64,000 bases of DNA from an uncultured virus (IMG/VR IMGVR_UViG_3300025421_000001) (IMGVR_UViG_3300025421_000001), one strand, 5' to 3'. Shown: positions 20,801-29,526, counted from the stretch's first letter. Notes: generated by a model from the sequence alone, not told the origin. Program-made: numbers and translations.

Positions 20801-22182
20801 CGATCATTACAACCGATGCCAAGGGTCGTGTCACTTCCATTACCACCTCGGCACCATTGGACAGCACAAAGCTTCCAACATCTGGTGGAACGCTTTCAGG
20901 TAGCCTTTCAGGTACAACCGCCGCATTTACAACCGCACCTTCCAACACTGTTTCCGCAAATGTTGGTACGGTTCAAGTTGGGGCAACACTTGGATATTCC
21001 GACGTTAACATTCTGCAATCAACCGCGGAAAGCATTAACAACTACACCCAAGTAATTATTCAGAACACCAGCGCCGGTTCACAGGCTAGTGCCAACTTCA
21101 ACATTTCTAATGACCAAGGTAGTTCAACAACTAACTTTGGTGAAATTGGTATTAACAGTTCTGGTTTCCAAGGTTCAGGTGCATTTAACACCCCCGGAAC
21201 GGTTTATCTTGCATCGGCAACTACTGACCTTGCAATTGGTACATACGGTTCAAAGCCAATTCACTTTGTTGTAAACAACTCAACAACTGATGCAATGACT
21301 ATTAGTGCTGCTGGTAACACAACAATTAACGGCACATTGGCTATGAACAGTCAAAAGATTACTGGTCTTGCTAATGGTACTGCTTCTACAGATGCAGCCG
21401 CATTTGGACAAATTCCAACTGGAGCCACTTCTGGAACACAGGGTATTGTTCAACTTACCGGTGATCTTGGTGGATCTTCTACTTCGCCAACCGTAACTAG
21501 CGTCGCTCACATTACAGCCGGTACGCTAGCGGTTGCCAACGGTGGAACCGGTGTAACCACTTCAACTGGTTCTGGAAACAACGTACTATCAAACTCACCA
21601 ACACTTGTCACACCTGCTCTTGGAACACCAACTGCCATTGTTCTTACAAGCGCAACTGGTTTGCCATTAACAACTGGTGTTACAGGAACACTTCCCGTAG
21701 GAAACGGTGGAACTGGTGTAACAACCTCTACCGGTTCTGGAAGCAATGTTCTATCAACGGGTGCCACACTTACCGCTCCTATTGAAACTGTTTATATAAT
21801 TAGCTCAGCAGCAACGGGAACTCTTACACAGTACCTTGTAACTAATGGAAGTTCAATTGTCTACACTGTTGCGGCAACCGCAAACTTTGTATTTAACTTT
21901 GCTTCTACTTCAGTACAGACATTAAATACATTGCTTTCCGTAGGACAGTCAATAACAGCATCTGTTATTGTTCTACAAGGCGGTACACCATACTACTGCA
22001 CAGGTATTCAAATTGATGGATCTGCTCAAACAAACTGGAACGGTTCATCTGGTAACGTTTATTGGCAAAATGGAACAGCGCCAACATCGGGTAACGCTAA
22101 TGGCTATGACTCGTATGTATTTACAATTATTAAGACAGCTGCAAGCACTTACACTGTGCTAGCATCTCAAAACGGATACTAA
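17821..22182 (+). CDS. Giant collagen-like tail fibre (1453 aa)
   Basis: G-X-Q/T runs; three W..Y..ND..Y.GSSY-type repeats; RVLVKNQ..QNGIY; C-terminal domain shared with 6022..7218. Confidence 0.88.
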   Translation: MAQLKYWNGSTWVTAVVGAQGAQGAQGNQGQGFNFRGAWSSSATYAPYDSVYYVQTLSPGNEAGSTYLCLNAVGPTSTTPLDDTANWTVMADGIAITGPQGPQGNQGFQGFQGASPFYIGGWFNSYAYQINEIVEYEGSSYLAIKANTGVTPGTDNTTWGIVAAKGDTGAQGPQGDQGSTGAQGNQGLGFFYTGTWSSSFEYYINDVTDYNGSSYIAITNNINVEPGTDGSKWGILASEGSQGYQGNQGFQGDQGPQGYQGTRGYQGYQGPQGFQGTQGNQGFQGNQGNQGFQGNQGYQGNQGFQGNQGTQGVTGEKGTTGNVGPQGPQGYQGPQGTTGSQGTQGNQGYQGYQGFDGAQGSTGATGAQGNQGFQGTQGYQGNTGNTGSQGSQGNTGAQGTQGSQGSTGAQGSTGTQGSTGSQGSTGAQGAQGFQGNRGYQGFQGDTGSQGSTGSQGSTGAQGSQGSQGSTGSQGSTGSQGAQGFQGNQGYQGNTGSTGSQGSQGSTGAQGYQGNQGTQGNQGFQGTQGNQGYQGNQGNQGYQGAQGYQGVQGQNSTANAHASVYTATAAGLPNSPTYTNGSADQDNGTGIGAYLQATTNGYLVVDSYTYNGPLPSNTRVLVKNQSNAVQNGIYTITSAGGTSSLWKLTRATDYNNSVAGQIEPGDFVLAINGTVNADSTWIQVSQGSNPDGVIKIGTDSITFSITSGVGPQGYQGAQGPQGYQGAQGSTGAQGNTGAQGATGSQGPQGYQGSTGSQGSQGYQGVTGAQGSQGSTGSTGAQGNQGFQGPQGNQGFQGVQGSTGAQGSQGATGSQGSQGYQGNQGYQGYQGNQAGITIGTQSTGVAGSSVTVTNSGTQGAAILNFSIPQGYQGYQGNQGFQGSTGSQGATGSQGPQGYQGFQGNQGTTGSQGATGSQGPQGYQGNQGYQGAAGPQNYIQGAQVGNNPASSGQAIIYNGSQWGIQSLSGDATLAGSGAITLSSVGTQGTQGSATAVPIITTDAKGRVTSITTSAPLDSTKLPTSGGTLSGSLSGTTAAFTTAPSNTVSANVGTVQVGATLGYSDVNILQSTAESINNYTQVIIQNTSAGSQASANFNISNDQGSSTTNFGEIGINSSGFQGSGAFNTPGTVYLASATTDLAIGTYGSKPIHFVVNNSTTDAMTISAAGNTTINGTLAMNSQKITGLANGTASTDAAAFGQIPTGATSGTQGIVQLTGDLGGSSTSPTVTSVAHITAGTLAVANGGTGVTTSTGSGNNVLSNSPTLVTPALGTPTAIVLTSATGLPLTTGVTGTLPVGNGGTGVTTSTGSGSNVLSTGATLTAPIETVYIISSAATGTLTQYLVTNGSSIVYTVAATANFVFNFASTSVQTLNTLLSVGQSITASVIVLQGGTPYYCTGIQIDGSAQTNWNGSSGNVYWQNGTAPTSGNANGYDSYVFTIIKTAASTYTVLASQNGY

Positions 22183-22204
22183 ATAGGATTAGGAGGAACG
22201 CGAT

Positions 22205-23236
22205 ATGCCAATTAGAGATTCAGCTGGTGGGTTGTCTGCTGGTGGAGAAGGCGCTGATCGCCTATCAAAACCTACTGCCCCAACAAGCGTAACCCAAACA
22301 GTACTAAGCACAACACAGGTCTCCGTTGGTTGGACACACCCAGCCGGTGAACAACGTATTACAAGTTATAACATTCAAGTTTATAACATTAATACAGCTT
22401 CTGTTGTGGCCACTTTTACAGGTGTTACAACAAATCCTTACACGGTAAATTATTCATTCTTAGGTAACTATACATATGAATATGCCGTTCAGGCCGTAAA
22501 CGATTCAGGCGTTAGTCCTTACAGTGGATATAGTTCGACTGACGTACCAAATTACATTCCGCCACCATACACCCCACCTCCACCACCGCCAGTGCCGCCA
22601 TACGTTCCGCCATACGTTCCGCCATACGTTCCGCCATATGTTCCGCCGCCGGTTCCGCCGCCGGTTCCGCCGCCAGTGCCACCACCAGTTCCACCACCAG
22701 TTCCACCACCGGCACCGCCGCCAGTTTGTTTTGTTGTTGGAACACCGGTTCTCATGGCCGATGGTTCATACAGGAAAATTGAAGAACTTGTTGCTGGAGA
22801 TTTGTTAATGACCGCCCATGTTCCTACTTTCCCTAATGGAGAGGCTTCGAATAAGTGGTACCCGGCAGATGTTTGGTCGTTGCCAGAATCAGAAAATACT
22901 GGTTTTGTCAGCGAAATAACTGCTGTTAAAAATAACGAAATAACAACAATGACTGGCTACTACAAATTCAATGACAGAATTTCTGTAACAGGAGATCACT
23001 TTCACCTTATTAAACGAGATGGTTCGTGGCAGTTTGCCCGCTCTTGGTCAATTAAGGTAGGGGATTCATTCCTTACAGAAAGCCTTGAAGAAGAAGTTAT
23101 TGAAAAAGTTGAACTTATCAATGAAGAAGTTAAGGTTTCTGTTCTTTCAGTGGGAACAGAAGAATATCCAAATAACTTGTTTTTTGGATCTGGAATCTTA
23201 ACTCACAACTTCAAAGTAAAGCTTTCAACTTTTTAA
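22205..23236 (+). CDS. FN3 + extensin-like poly-Pro linker + Hint domain protein (paralogue 2)
   Basis: Hint at 22727-23209: CFVVGTPVLMADGS, TGDH, ILTHN followed by Phe. Confidence 0.85.
   Translation: MPIRDSAGGLSAGGEGADRLSKPTAPTSVTQTVLSTTQVSVGWTHPAGEQRITSYNIQVYNINTASVVATFTGVTTNPYTVNYSFLGNYTYEYAVQAVNDSGVSPYSGYSSTDVPNYIPPPYTPPPPPPVPPYVPPYVPPYVPPYVPPPVPPPVPPPVPPPVPPPVPPPAPPPVCFVVGTPVLMADGSYRKIEELVAGDLLMTAHVPTFPNGEASNKWYPADVWSLPESENTGFVSEITAVKNNEITTMTGYYKFNDRISVTGDHFHLIKRDGSWQFARSWSIKVGDSFLTESLEEEVIEKVELINEEVKVSVLSVGTEEYPNNLFFGSGILTHNFKVKLSTF
22595..22726 (+). repeat. 12-bp repeats encoding (PPYV)4 then (PPPV)n
   Basis: Read directly. Confidence 0.9.
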
Positions 23237-23252
23237 AAAAAATACAACTGGT

Positions 23253-23303
23253 AAGCCACAGGTAATAAAAACTCACAGAGATGAGTTTTTGCCTGTGGCT
23301 TTA
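23253..23303 (+). terminator. Long hairpin after the Hint gene
   Basis: AAGCCACAGG..AAAAACTCA / TGAGTTTTT..CCTGTGGCTT. Confidence 0.55.
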
Positions 23304-23322
23304 ACCATCTTGGAGGACAAAA

Positions 23323-23847
23323 ATGATTAACCAAGAAACACTTATAGAATGGATTTATTCAGATAACCCTAAACCCCTTGTGGTTAAGGGCATTTTCCCA
23401 AATGCACCCGATTGGGATTCCCTGGCAAAACACAGAGAAGCATCATTGAAATCACCAATGATTGAAAAGAAAGACAAAAACCTTTACCTTGTTTATTTAA
23501 ACACAGACACTAAAGACTTTTTTGAAATAATCCCTGGATCAGAACTCGTTTATAACGAGTTAAAAAAACTTTTTAACTGTCGAATTGAAGGTCCTTCAAT
23601 AATTTTATGTGATTCCAAAGATGGTCTTACGGGCTTTCCTAAACATAAAGATCCAGAAATAACTATTCACTGGTGCATGTATGGTTCTGCAAAGTGGACT
23701 TTTTGGGATAAAAACGATAAAACATGTGAGGTTATGGTTGAAAAAGGCGATCTTATATTTGTGCCCATTGACACTGATCACGAGGTTGAAACACTAAGCG
23801 ATAAGCGTGCGGGCGCCTTATTTGGAGCAATGTATATTCGTGAATAA
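23323..23847 (+). CDS. Cupin/JmjC-like oxygenase
   Basis: HKD...GSAKW...GDLIFVP..HEV. Confidence 0.7.
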   Translation: MINQETLIEWIYSDNPKPLVVKGIFPNAPDWDSLAKHREASLKSPMIEKKDKNLYLVYLNTDTKDFFEIIPGSELVYNELKKLFNCRIEGPSIILCDSKDGLTGFPKHKDPEITIHWCMYGSAKWTFWDKNDKTCEVMVEKGDLIFVPIDTDHEVETLSDKRAGALFGAMYIRE

Positions 23848-24391
23848 TAGACCTGATCCTATAGTTCTAAAAGATTTTATTCACCCTAATCTTTATGGCA
23901 CTCTTCGCGATTTTTTAAAAGCAGATGCAAAAACTTTTGAGTATCACGAAGCGGCCGGAAGATATCGCACAAAGTCGGGGCCAAGAAACATTGTTGAGGA
24001 ATTTCTAAACCTACACATATTCATGGCAAGATCAATTTTTAAAAGCGAAACACTTCTCCCCACCTATGGCGCTTTTCTACATTACGAATCTAAAGATGGT
24101 ATTAATCCCAACCTTCCACCGCACAGAGATGACAATGCCTGTACCTATAACATTGGGATTTGTCTTTATCAGACCGAACCATGGGATTTGTACATTGAGG
24201 GTGTTAAATACACCTTAGAACCAAACGATGCTGTTGCTTTCTATGGTGAAGATCAAGAGCACTGGCGACCAGCACCACCTAGCGAAGATGGTCACTGGGG
24301 CATGGTTTGGTTTCACTATGCTGAACCAGATCACTGGTATTTTACCAAAGGCTCAGATTACATAAATGTTTTAAGAGGACAAATTGTCTGA
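23840..24391 (+). CDS. 2OG-Fe(II)/DSBH oxygenase-like protein
   Basis: HRDDNACTY..YQTEPWDLY..QEHWR, shared with 8872..9453; GTG start inferred. Confidence 0.7.
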   Translation: MNNRPDPIVLKDFIHPNLYGTLRDFLKADAKTFEYHEAAGRYRTKSGPRNIVEEFLNLHIFMARSIFKSETLLPTYGAFLHYESKDGINPNLPPHRDDNACTYNIGICLYQTEPWDLYIEGVKYTLEPNDAVAFYGEDQEHWRPAPPSEDGHWGMVWFHYAEPDHWYFTKGSDYINVLRGQIV

Positions 24392-25070
24392 AGCACCAAT
24401 AAATAAAGAAGCTTACGAAAAAGGTTATCTTACTTTTCGTGGTTTAGATTTCCTCATAGGTCCCGGTGCCTACGCAGAAATAGGTGATTTTAATTACTTT
24501 TTAGATGAGGCTAAAAAAACCTTAGACAAGTCGCCAGTCATCCTCGATCTTTGTTGCGGAACTGGAATGATTGGCATTGCTTTGGCAAATGAAATACCCA
24601 ACGCTACGGTTTACGGTGTGGAAAAATATCCAGAACCTTTTGTATGGACAATAAGAAATTCTAAAAATTTTGAAAAACAATTGTCTAAAATTGGATCAAA
24701 ATTTATCCCCGTATTTACTAGCGCAATTAACTCCGTAGATATATTAAGAGAATTAGAGGGTAAGGTAAACCTTGTCATATCTTCTTGCCCAACTGGCGCA
24801 GAAGAAGAGTCTTCAGATTTATCATTTATTCCCTGGATCAAAGAAACAATGATTGCGCCTGAGGGCGGTCTGGGAGTTTTAAAAGAACTAGAAAGTGCAT
24901 CTTTGTTCTTTCTTAAAGAAGACGGCGCTATCTTTACAACTGTAGGAGAAAGAAGCTATGATGAAGTATCAAGGCTTTTTGATCTTTCTATTTGGAATCC
25001 AATAAACTTTGATCCTGACCAATGGATGTCTACAAGTAAATGTTTGAAGAATACTCACAACCCCCTTTAA
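24384..25070 (+). CDS. HemK/PrmC-like SAM methyltransferase
   Basis: LDLCCGTG motif I, GGL..., FLKEDG; NPPY position replaced by SCPT. Confidence 0.7.
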   Translation: MSEAPINKEAYEKGYLTFRGLDFLIGPGAYAEIGDFNYFLDEAKKTLDKSPVILDLCCGTGMIGIALANEIPNATVYGVEKYPEPFVWTIRNSKNFEKQLSKIGSKFIPVFTSAINSVDILRELEGKVNLVISSCPTGAEEESSDLSFIPWIKETMIAPEGGLGVLKELESASLFFLKEDGAIFTTVGERSYDEVSRLFDLSIWNPINFDPDQWMSTSKCLKNTHNPL

Positions 25071-25720
25071 ATGCAAAAGCATATGAAGATGGGTTTTATC
25101 ATTTTCGTGGCATAGAGATATCTTGTGGTTCAGGTGCTTTTGTTGAAGTAGGTGACTTAGACTATTTCTTTAATAAAATTAAATATAATATATCCCCCGG
25201 CGATAAAAAAATTATTTTCGATATAGGTTCCGGTACCGGAATGTTAGGTATCCCAATGGCACTAGAAGTGCCAAAATCGACTATATATGGACTTGAACCT
25301 AATCGTAAAGCATTTTATTGGACAGCATATAACTCGTATGTATATGAAAAAGAAATTGCAAAAAAAGAATCAATCTTTCACCCGATAGAGCTCAGCGCCT
25401 CCGAGGCCGTGCGCGACATGTCAGATCTAAAGGGAACCGCTGACGTGGTTATGTCAAGTTGCGCGTGGGTACCGCTGCCAAAGTCTCTAGACTTCAGCAA
25501 CATGCCATACGGCGTAGACGCCGTTTATGCGGGCGAAGATGGCCTGGACATGATACGAGAAGTCGTATCGGCTGCAAATTTCTTCCTAAAACCTGGCGGT
25601 ATGTTATTTATGACAACGCCAGTAATAATGTTTGACAGAGTAAAGCCTTTGTTGTCGGAACTAGAATGGTCTGAAATCACACAGGATTCAGATGACTTTT
25701 TGTATACTAAAAAAATTTAG
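25040..25720 (+). CDS. HemK/PrmC-like SAM methyltransferase (paralogue)
   Basis: DIGSGTG, AGEDGLDMIREVV...LKPGG; NPPY position replaced by SCAW. Confidence 0.75.
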   Translation: MFEEYSQPPLNAKAYEDGFYHFRGIEISCGSGAFVEVGDLDYFFNKIKYNISPGDKKIIFDIGSGTGMLGIPMALEVPKSTIYGLEPNRKAFYWTAYNSYVYEKEIAKKESIFHPIELSASEAVRDMSDLKGTADVVMSSCAWVPLPKSLDFSNMPYGVDAVYAGEDGLDMIREVVSAANFFLKPGGMLFMTTPVIMFDRVKPLLSELEWSEITQDSDDFLYTKKI

Positions 25721-25744
25721 TTACATTATACTTTGTGCATCCCC

Positions 25745-25773
25745 TTGACTTATAAGCAGAAATAATGTATCCT
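25745..25773 (+). promoter_or_regulatory. Sigma70-type promoter
   Basis: TTGACT-17 nt-TATCCT, then GGAGG SD. Confidence 0.6.
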
Positions 25774-25792
25774 TAATTTGGAGGTTTTTCAC

Positions 25793-26368
25793 ATGATATC
25801 AATAAACCATAATTTTTTAAGCCCGACAGAAGTAACAACTCTTTTAAATTTTGCCATTAATGATGCTCCAAAAGACTGGAACATAAATGAGGATTACTAC
25901 TTTTGGAAAAACAGAACCCTTGAAGCTGAGGTAATTAAAAGCCTGGGGCCACAATACGAAAACATTGTCAACATACTTGTTAATGCACGCAAGAGAATCA
26001 AGCAACATATTGTAGATATTCGTGGCCTAACGGTGCCTCTTTACGCAGACACTCTACAGATTGTGCGCTGGCCAGAAGGCTACGAGCAGCCTCCGCACGC
26101 AGACGCAGAAACAAATGACGGTGGACCGCACCCGTACTCTTGGCGATACTCTGCCTCCATCTGCTATCTAAACGACAATTTTGATGGTGGAGAGATTTAC
26201 TTCCCACAACATGATCTTTCCATAAAACCTTCACCTGGAACAATGGTTACATTTCCTGGAACTGCTGAGTACCTTCATGGTGTGCGTGGCGTAAAGAATG
26301 GAGTGCGTTACACAACTGCATCATTCTTTACCACGGACCCGACAAAAGCAGACATTTGGCCAATATGA
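25793..26368 (+). CDS. 2OG-Fe(II) oxygenase, prolyl-4-hydroxylase-like
   Basis: HAD...YLNDNFDGGEIYF...HGV...RY. Confidence 0.9.
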   Translation: MISINHNFLSPTEVTTLLNFAINDAPKDWNINEDYYFWKNRTLEAEVIKSLGPQYENIVNILVNARKRIKQHIVDIRGLTVPLYADTLQIVRWPEGYEQPPHADAETNDGGPHPYSWRYSASICYLNDNFDGGEIYFPQHDLSIKPSPGTMVTFPGTAEYLHGVRGVKNGVRYTTASFFTTDPTKADIWPI

Positions 26369-27126
26369 GCAGTATTCCCATCAATAAACCTGGAGCAGAG
26401 ATTCCAGAAAAAACTTTGGTTGTCTTACCACAGCCAGGCAGAAGCAAAGAAACAATAGCCAAACTTCTCGATCCACTCAACGGTCAAAAGACTCGTGACT
26501 GGTGGCACTCACACTTCTACTACTGCCTCCCCCTTGCTATTGGTAATCAATACGGATTTGTCATTAGAGCTGCTTACGACTTCTCGCTTTACTGGAACGG
26601 TGGTTTAAGAAACGAAGATTTGAAAGTAGAGTGCAACCTTCCTCAATATGAACTTCAAAATTATGAAGCACACTTTGGAAGCGGCATCGTTACAGTTCAA
26701 AACCTATGGGTTATGAGAACCCCACCGGGCGTAAACATAATGACCATGCAACCGCCAAATTTCCTAAAACCAGGTATCATGCACCTCTCAGCTGTCGTTG
26801 AGACAGATAACCTGCGCAGAGACTTCACCTTTAACATGAAGGTAACAGAGCCAAATAGATGGATTCACTTTAAAGCAGGTGAGCCTGTAGGTGCTTTTGT
26901 TTGCATACCAAGGCATTTTATTGATGAGTTCAAGGTAGCCTTTGCCGACGAACTATTTAATGAAGAACAAATCCAATGGGAACAAGACGTTCAGATCGAA
27001 TTCTCCAGACAACGCAGTCGTGAGGATAAGGACAAACCGCATGAGGCAGGTCGTCGATACTTTAGAGGTGAGGATGCTTGGGGTAATGAGTTCCCAGATC
27101 ACCAGATAATCGTTAAGAGGAAATAA
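26356..27126 (+). CDS. DUF6065-like protein
   Basis: YCLPLAIGNQYGF, VETD; family recognised by motif only; true start may be slightly downstream. Confidence 0.65.
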   Translation: MANMSSIPINKPGAEIPEKTLVVLPQPGRSKETIAKLLDPLNGQKTRDWWHSHFYYCLPLAIGNQYGFVIRAAYDFSLYWNGGLRNEDLKVECNLPQYELQNYEAHFGSGIVTVQNLWVMRTPPGVNIMTMQPPNFLKPGIMHLSAVVETDNLRRDFTFNMKVTEPNRWIHFKAGEPVGAFVCIPRHFIDEFKVAFADELFNEEQIQWEQDVQIEFSRQRSREDKDKPHEAGRRYFRGEDAWGNEFPDHQIIVKRK

Positions 27127-27911
27127 TGGAAAAACCCTACATCAATACCGAAGGTAACTACATTCCAGAAAAAGTTCTTTTGGTCAGAGTACCAGAAGAA
27201 TACAATACCCCTGAAAGAAAAGAACAGTTTCTTGAAATTCTAAAACCTATGGCTGGTTGGAAAAAAAGAGATTGGTTTGAAAGTGCAATGTACAAATGTC
27301 TTCCGCTAACAATTGGAAATCAATACGGTTTTCAAATTGTAGCTGAATACGATTTTTCAGTTATTTGGAATGGCGGGTTACATTCAAACGACACCATTGT
27401 TGACGTTGGCCCAGACTTTGATCCAGAAAAATACCTTCAAAATGTAAAGGCTTGGTTTGGTTGGGGCGTAGTTACCATTGAAATGGAATGGAACTTAAGA
27501 GCCGCACCCGGCGTAAACCTTATGACCATACAAACGCCTAATTACTTTAAAAGTGGAATTCATCACACAACTGGCGTCATTGAGCTTGACAACCTCGAAA
27601 GAAATTTTATCTTTAACTTTAAAATAACTGAGCCAAACAGACTTATTGAATTTAAAAAAGGCGAGCCAATTGCAGCTTTTATTCTCTTACCAAGACATTA
27701 TGTTGATGAATTTGAGATTGTCTTTGCAGACGAGCTTTTTACAAAAGAACAACTTGAAATGGAAGCTGAATTAGGCGCTAAATGGCATCAAATGCGCAAT
27801 GACGAGAGCATAAAGAGCCGTTTTGGTCGCTATTTCCGTGGAGAATTGGTAAAGGGTGGTGATTACTTTGATCATCAGGCAACCGTTAAACCATATAAAA
27901 GAAAAAAATGA
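27126..27911 (+). CDS. DUF6065-like protein (paralogue)
   Basis: KCLPLTIGNQYGF. Confidence 0.65.
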   Translation: MEKPYINTEGNYIPEKVLLVRVPEEYNTPERKEQFLEILKPMAGWKKRDWFESAMYKCLPLTIGNQYGFQIVAEYDFSVIWNGGLHSNDTIVDVGPDFDPEKYLQNVKAWFGWGVVTIEMEWNLRAAPGVNLMTIQTPNYFKSGIHHTTGVIELDNLERNFIFNFKITEPNRLIEFKKGEPIAAFILLPRHYVDEFEIVFADELFTKEQLEMEAELGAKWHQMRNDESIKSRFGRYFRGELVKGGDYFDHQATVKPYKRKK

Positions 27912-28651
27912 ACGATAAAGTAACCCTATATTACGACTCAAATCCAGAGTACGAAGGGAATCTTATAGAGTCTGCTTCTCAGATAATCCCAGATTGGTAC
28001 AAACAAGTACCTAGAATTTTTTCTGATAAAGATGGTTCTGAAATACCATCCGTTAAGCACTGCCTTCCTTTTATTGAGGCACTGTCAATTGGCTATCTTA
28101 TCCTTACGCCTGAGGATTATAAAGTAGAAAAGAGATTTTCTCAAGGTATTTTTATTGAATCAGAAAACGAAACGCTGGGAACAAGAAACACAAATGATAT
28201 TGGCAATATGCCTATTCCCGCTGGGTATAACAGAATTCAACACACATGGCAACACAGGCTCGCCATAGACATTCCAGAAGGATATAGCGTTCTGTTTACA
28301 AACCCACTAAATCGCTTTGACACGCCTTTTATGACCTTTTCGGCGGTTGTTGACGGTCCCTACAAAATGCCCCCAGGCGGTATTGCATTTTGTATTAGGG
28401 ACGATTTTGAAGGGGTTATACCGGCAGGAACACCCTATGCACAAGCCATACCGTTTAAAAGAGATGATTTTAATATGGTTAAAAAAGAAGGTCTTGTACA
28501 GGAAGCACGCGGAATTCTTGAAACCATATTTCAAAAGGCAAAAAATTACACTGAAGAGTGGACTGGTTTAAAAAATAATTATCGCATTAATAGTTGGCAC
28601 AAAAAATCTTACAAGTTAGACAAAGGAAAAAACGATGAGCTCGTTCTCTAA
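27908..28651 (+). CDS. DUF6065-related protein
   Basis: KHCLPFIEALSIGY...PLNRF...GVIPAGTPYAQ.IP. Confidence 0.55.
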   Translation: MNDKVTLYYDSNPEYEGNLIESASQIIPDWYKQVPRIFSDKDGSEIPSVKHCLPFIEALSIGYLILTPEDYKVEKRFSQGIFIESENETLGTRNTNDIGNMPIPAGYNRIQHTWQHRLAIDIPEGYSVLFTNPLNRFDTPFMTFSAVVDGPYKMPPGGIAFCIRDDFEGVIPAGTPYAQAIPFKRDDFNMVKKEGLVQEARGILETIFQKAKNYTEEWTGLKNNYRINSWHKKSYKLDKGKNDELVL

Positions 28652-28814
28652 TAGTTTTCAAAACATCCCAAATTATGGCGGTACCGACATCCGTTATTTT
28701 ACCCCTCAACCTGGCGAAGTAAACGTTGGTGCTCAGTGCGCAAAACTTGTTGCAATGGATCTAGGCAACATGGAAGATGTTCTTAACTACCTAGGCATTA
28801 ATCCAGAAGAATAG
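28635..28814 (+). CDS. 59-aa small protein (not in ORF track)
   Basis: AAAGGA SD; MSSFSNSFQNIPNYGGTDIRYF...; fills the gap between two paralogues. Confidence 0.6.
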   Translation: MSSFSNSFQNIPNYGGTDIRYFTPQPGEVNVGAQCAKLVAMDLGNMEDVLNYLGINPEE

Positions 28815-28815
28815 A

Positions 28816-29526
28816 ATGAGCGATCCAATCAGGTTTTTTTATGAGAGCCTTCCCGGTTCTGAGGAAAGCCTAGTATCATCAGCACGATCCGTGCCTCAAT
28901 GGTTTAAAGAAATACCAAGAGTATTTAAAAACAATGACGGGGAAAACGTTCCAACGGCAAAACATTGCTTTCCCTTCATAGAAGCTTTTACAACGGGATA
29001 CCTTCTTTTAACCCCTGAAGACTATGTGGTTAGTCGAGTGGAAGACGGCAAAGCAACTATATCCTCAGAAACTACAATCATCCCAGAAAGAAACCCCAAA
29101 ACTATTGGAGATATGCCATCTCCAAGCGGTTACAGGAAAGAAAGTTTTTCATGGCCCTACAGTTTTGGTATAGATATACCTACTGATTGCAGCATTATAT
29201 TTACACAACCTTTTAATCGATTTGAGTTACCCTTTATTACTATTACCGGCATAATTGATGGTCCTTACGTTTTTAGTCCAGGTTATTTAGGTTTTTATAT
29301 TAGAGAAGATTTTGAGGGAGTTATACCAATGGGAACTCCTTATGCACAAGTTATCCCAATAAAAAAACAAGACTTTACAATGGAGAGTAAAACGGGTATC
29401 CTTGATAATCAGTTAACAGAATTCATTGATCCATTTCAAGATGATTCAAAATATAGTGATATCCTTATGAGCAATAAGGATTATTACCGCAGAAAAGTTT
29501 GGCAAAAGAAAAAATACAATATATAG
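28816..29526 (+). CDS. DUF6065-related protein (paralogue of 27908)
   Basis: KHCFPFIEAFTTGY...GVIPMGTPYAQVIP. Confidence 0.55.
   Translation: MSDPIRFFYESLPGSEESLVSSARSVPQWFKEIPRVFKNNDGENVPTAKHCFPFIEAFTTGYLLLTPEDYVVSRVEDGKATISSETTIIPERNPKTIGDMPSPSGYRKESFSWPYSFGIDIPTDCSIIFTQPFNRFELPFITITGIIDGPYVFSPGYLGFYIREDFEGVIPMGTPYAQVIPIKKQDFTMESKTGILDNQLTEFIDPFQDDSKYSDILMSNKDYYRRKVWQKKKYNI

Noticed and set aside
93..22808. Many alternative-frame and antisense ORFs over collagen and Pro-rich genes
   Set aside because: They are shadows of repetitive codons with low-complexity translations and no start signals
6022..23236. Diversity-generating retroelement explaining the duplicated segments
   Set aside because: No reverse transcriptase in the window, and differences between copies are not adenine-specific
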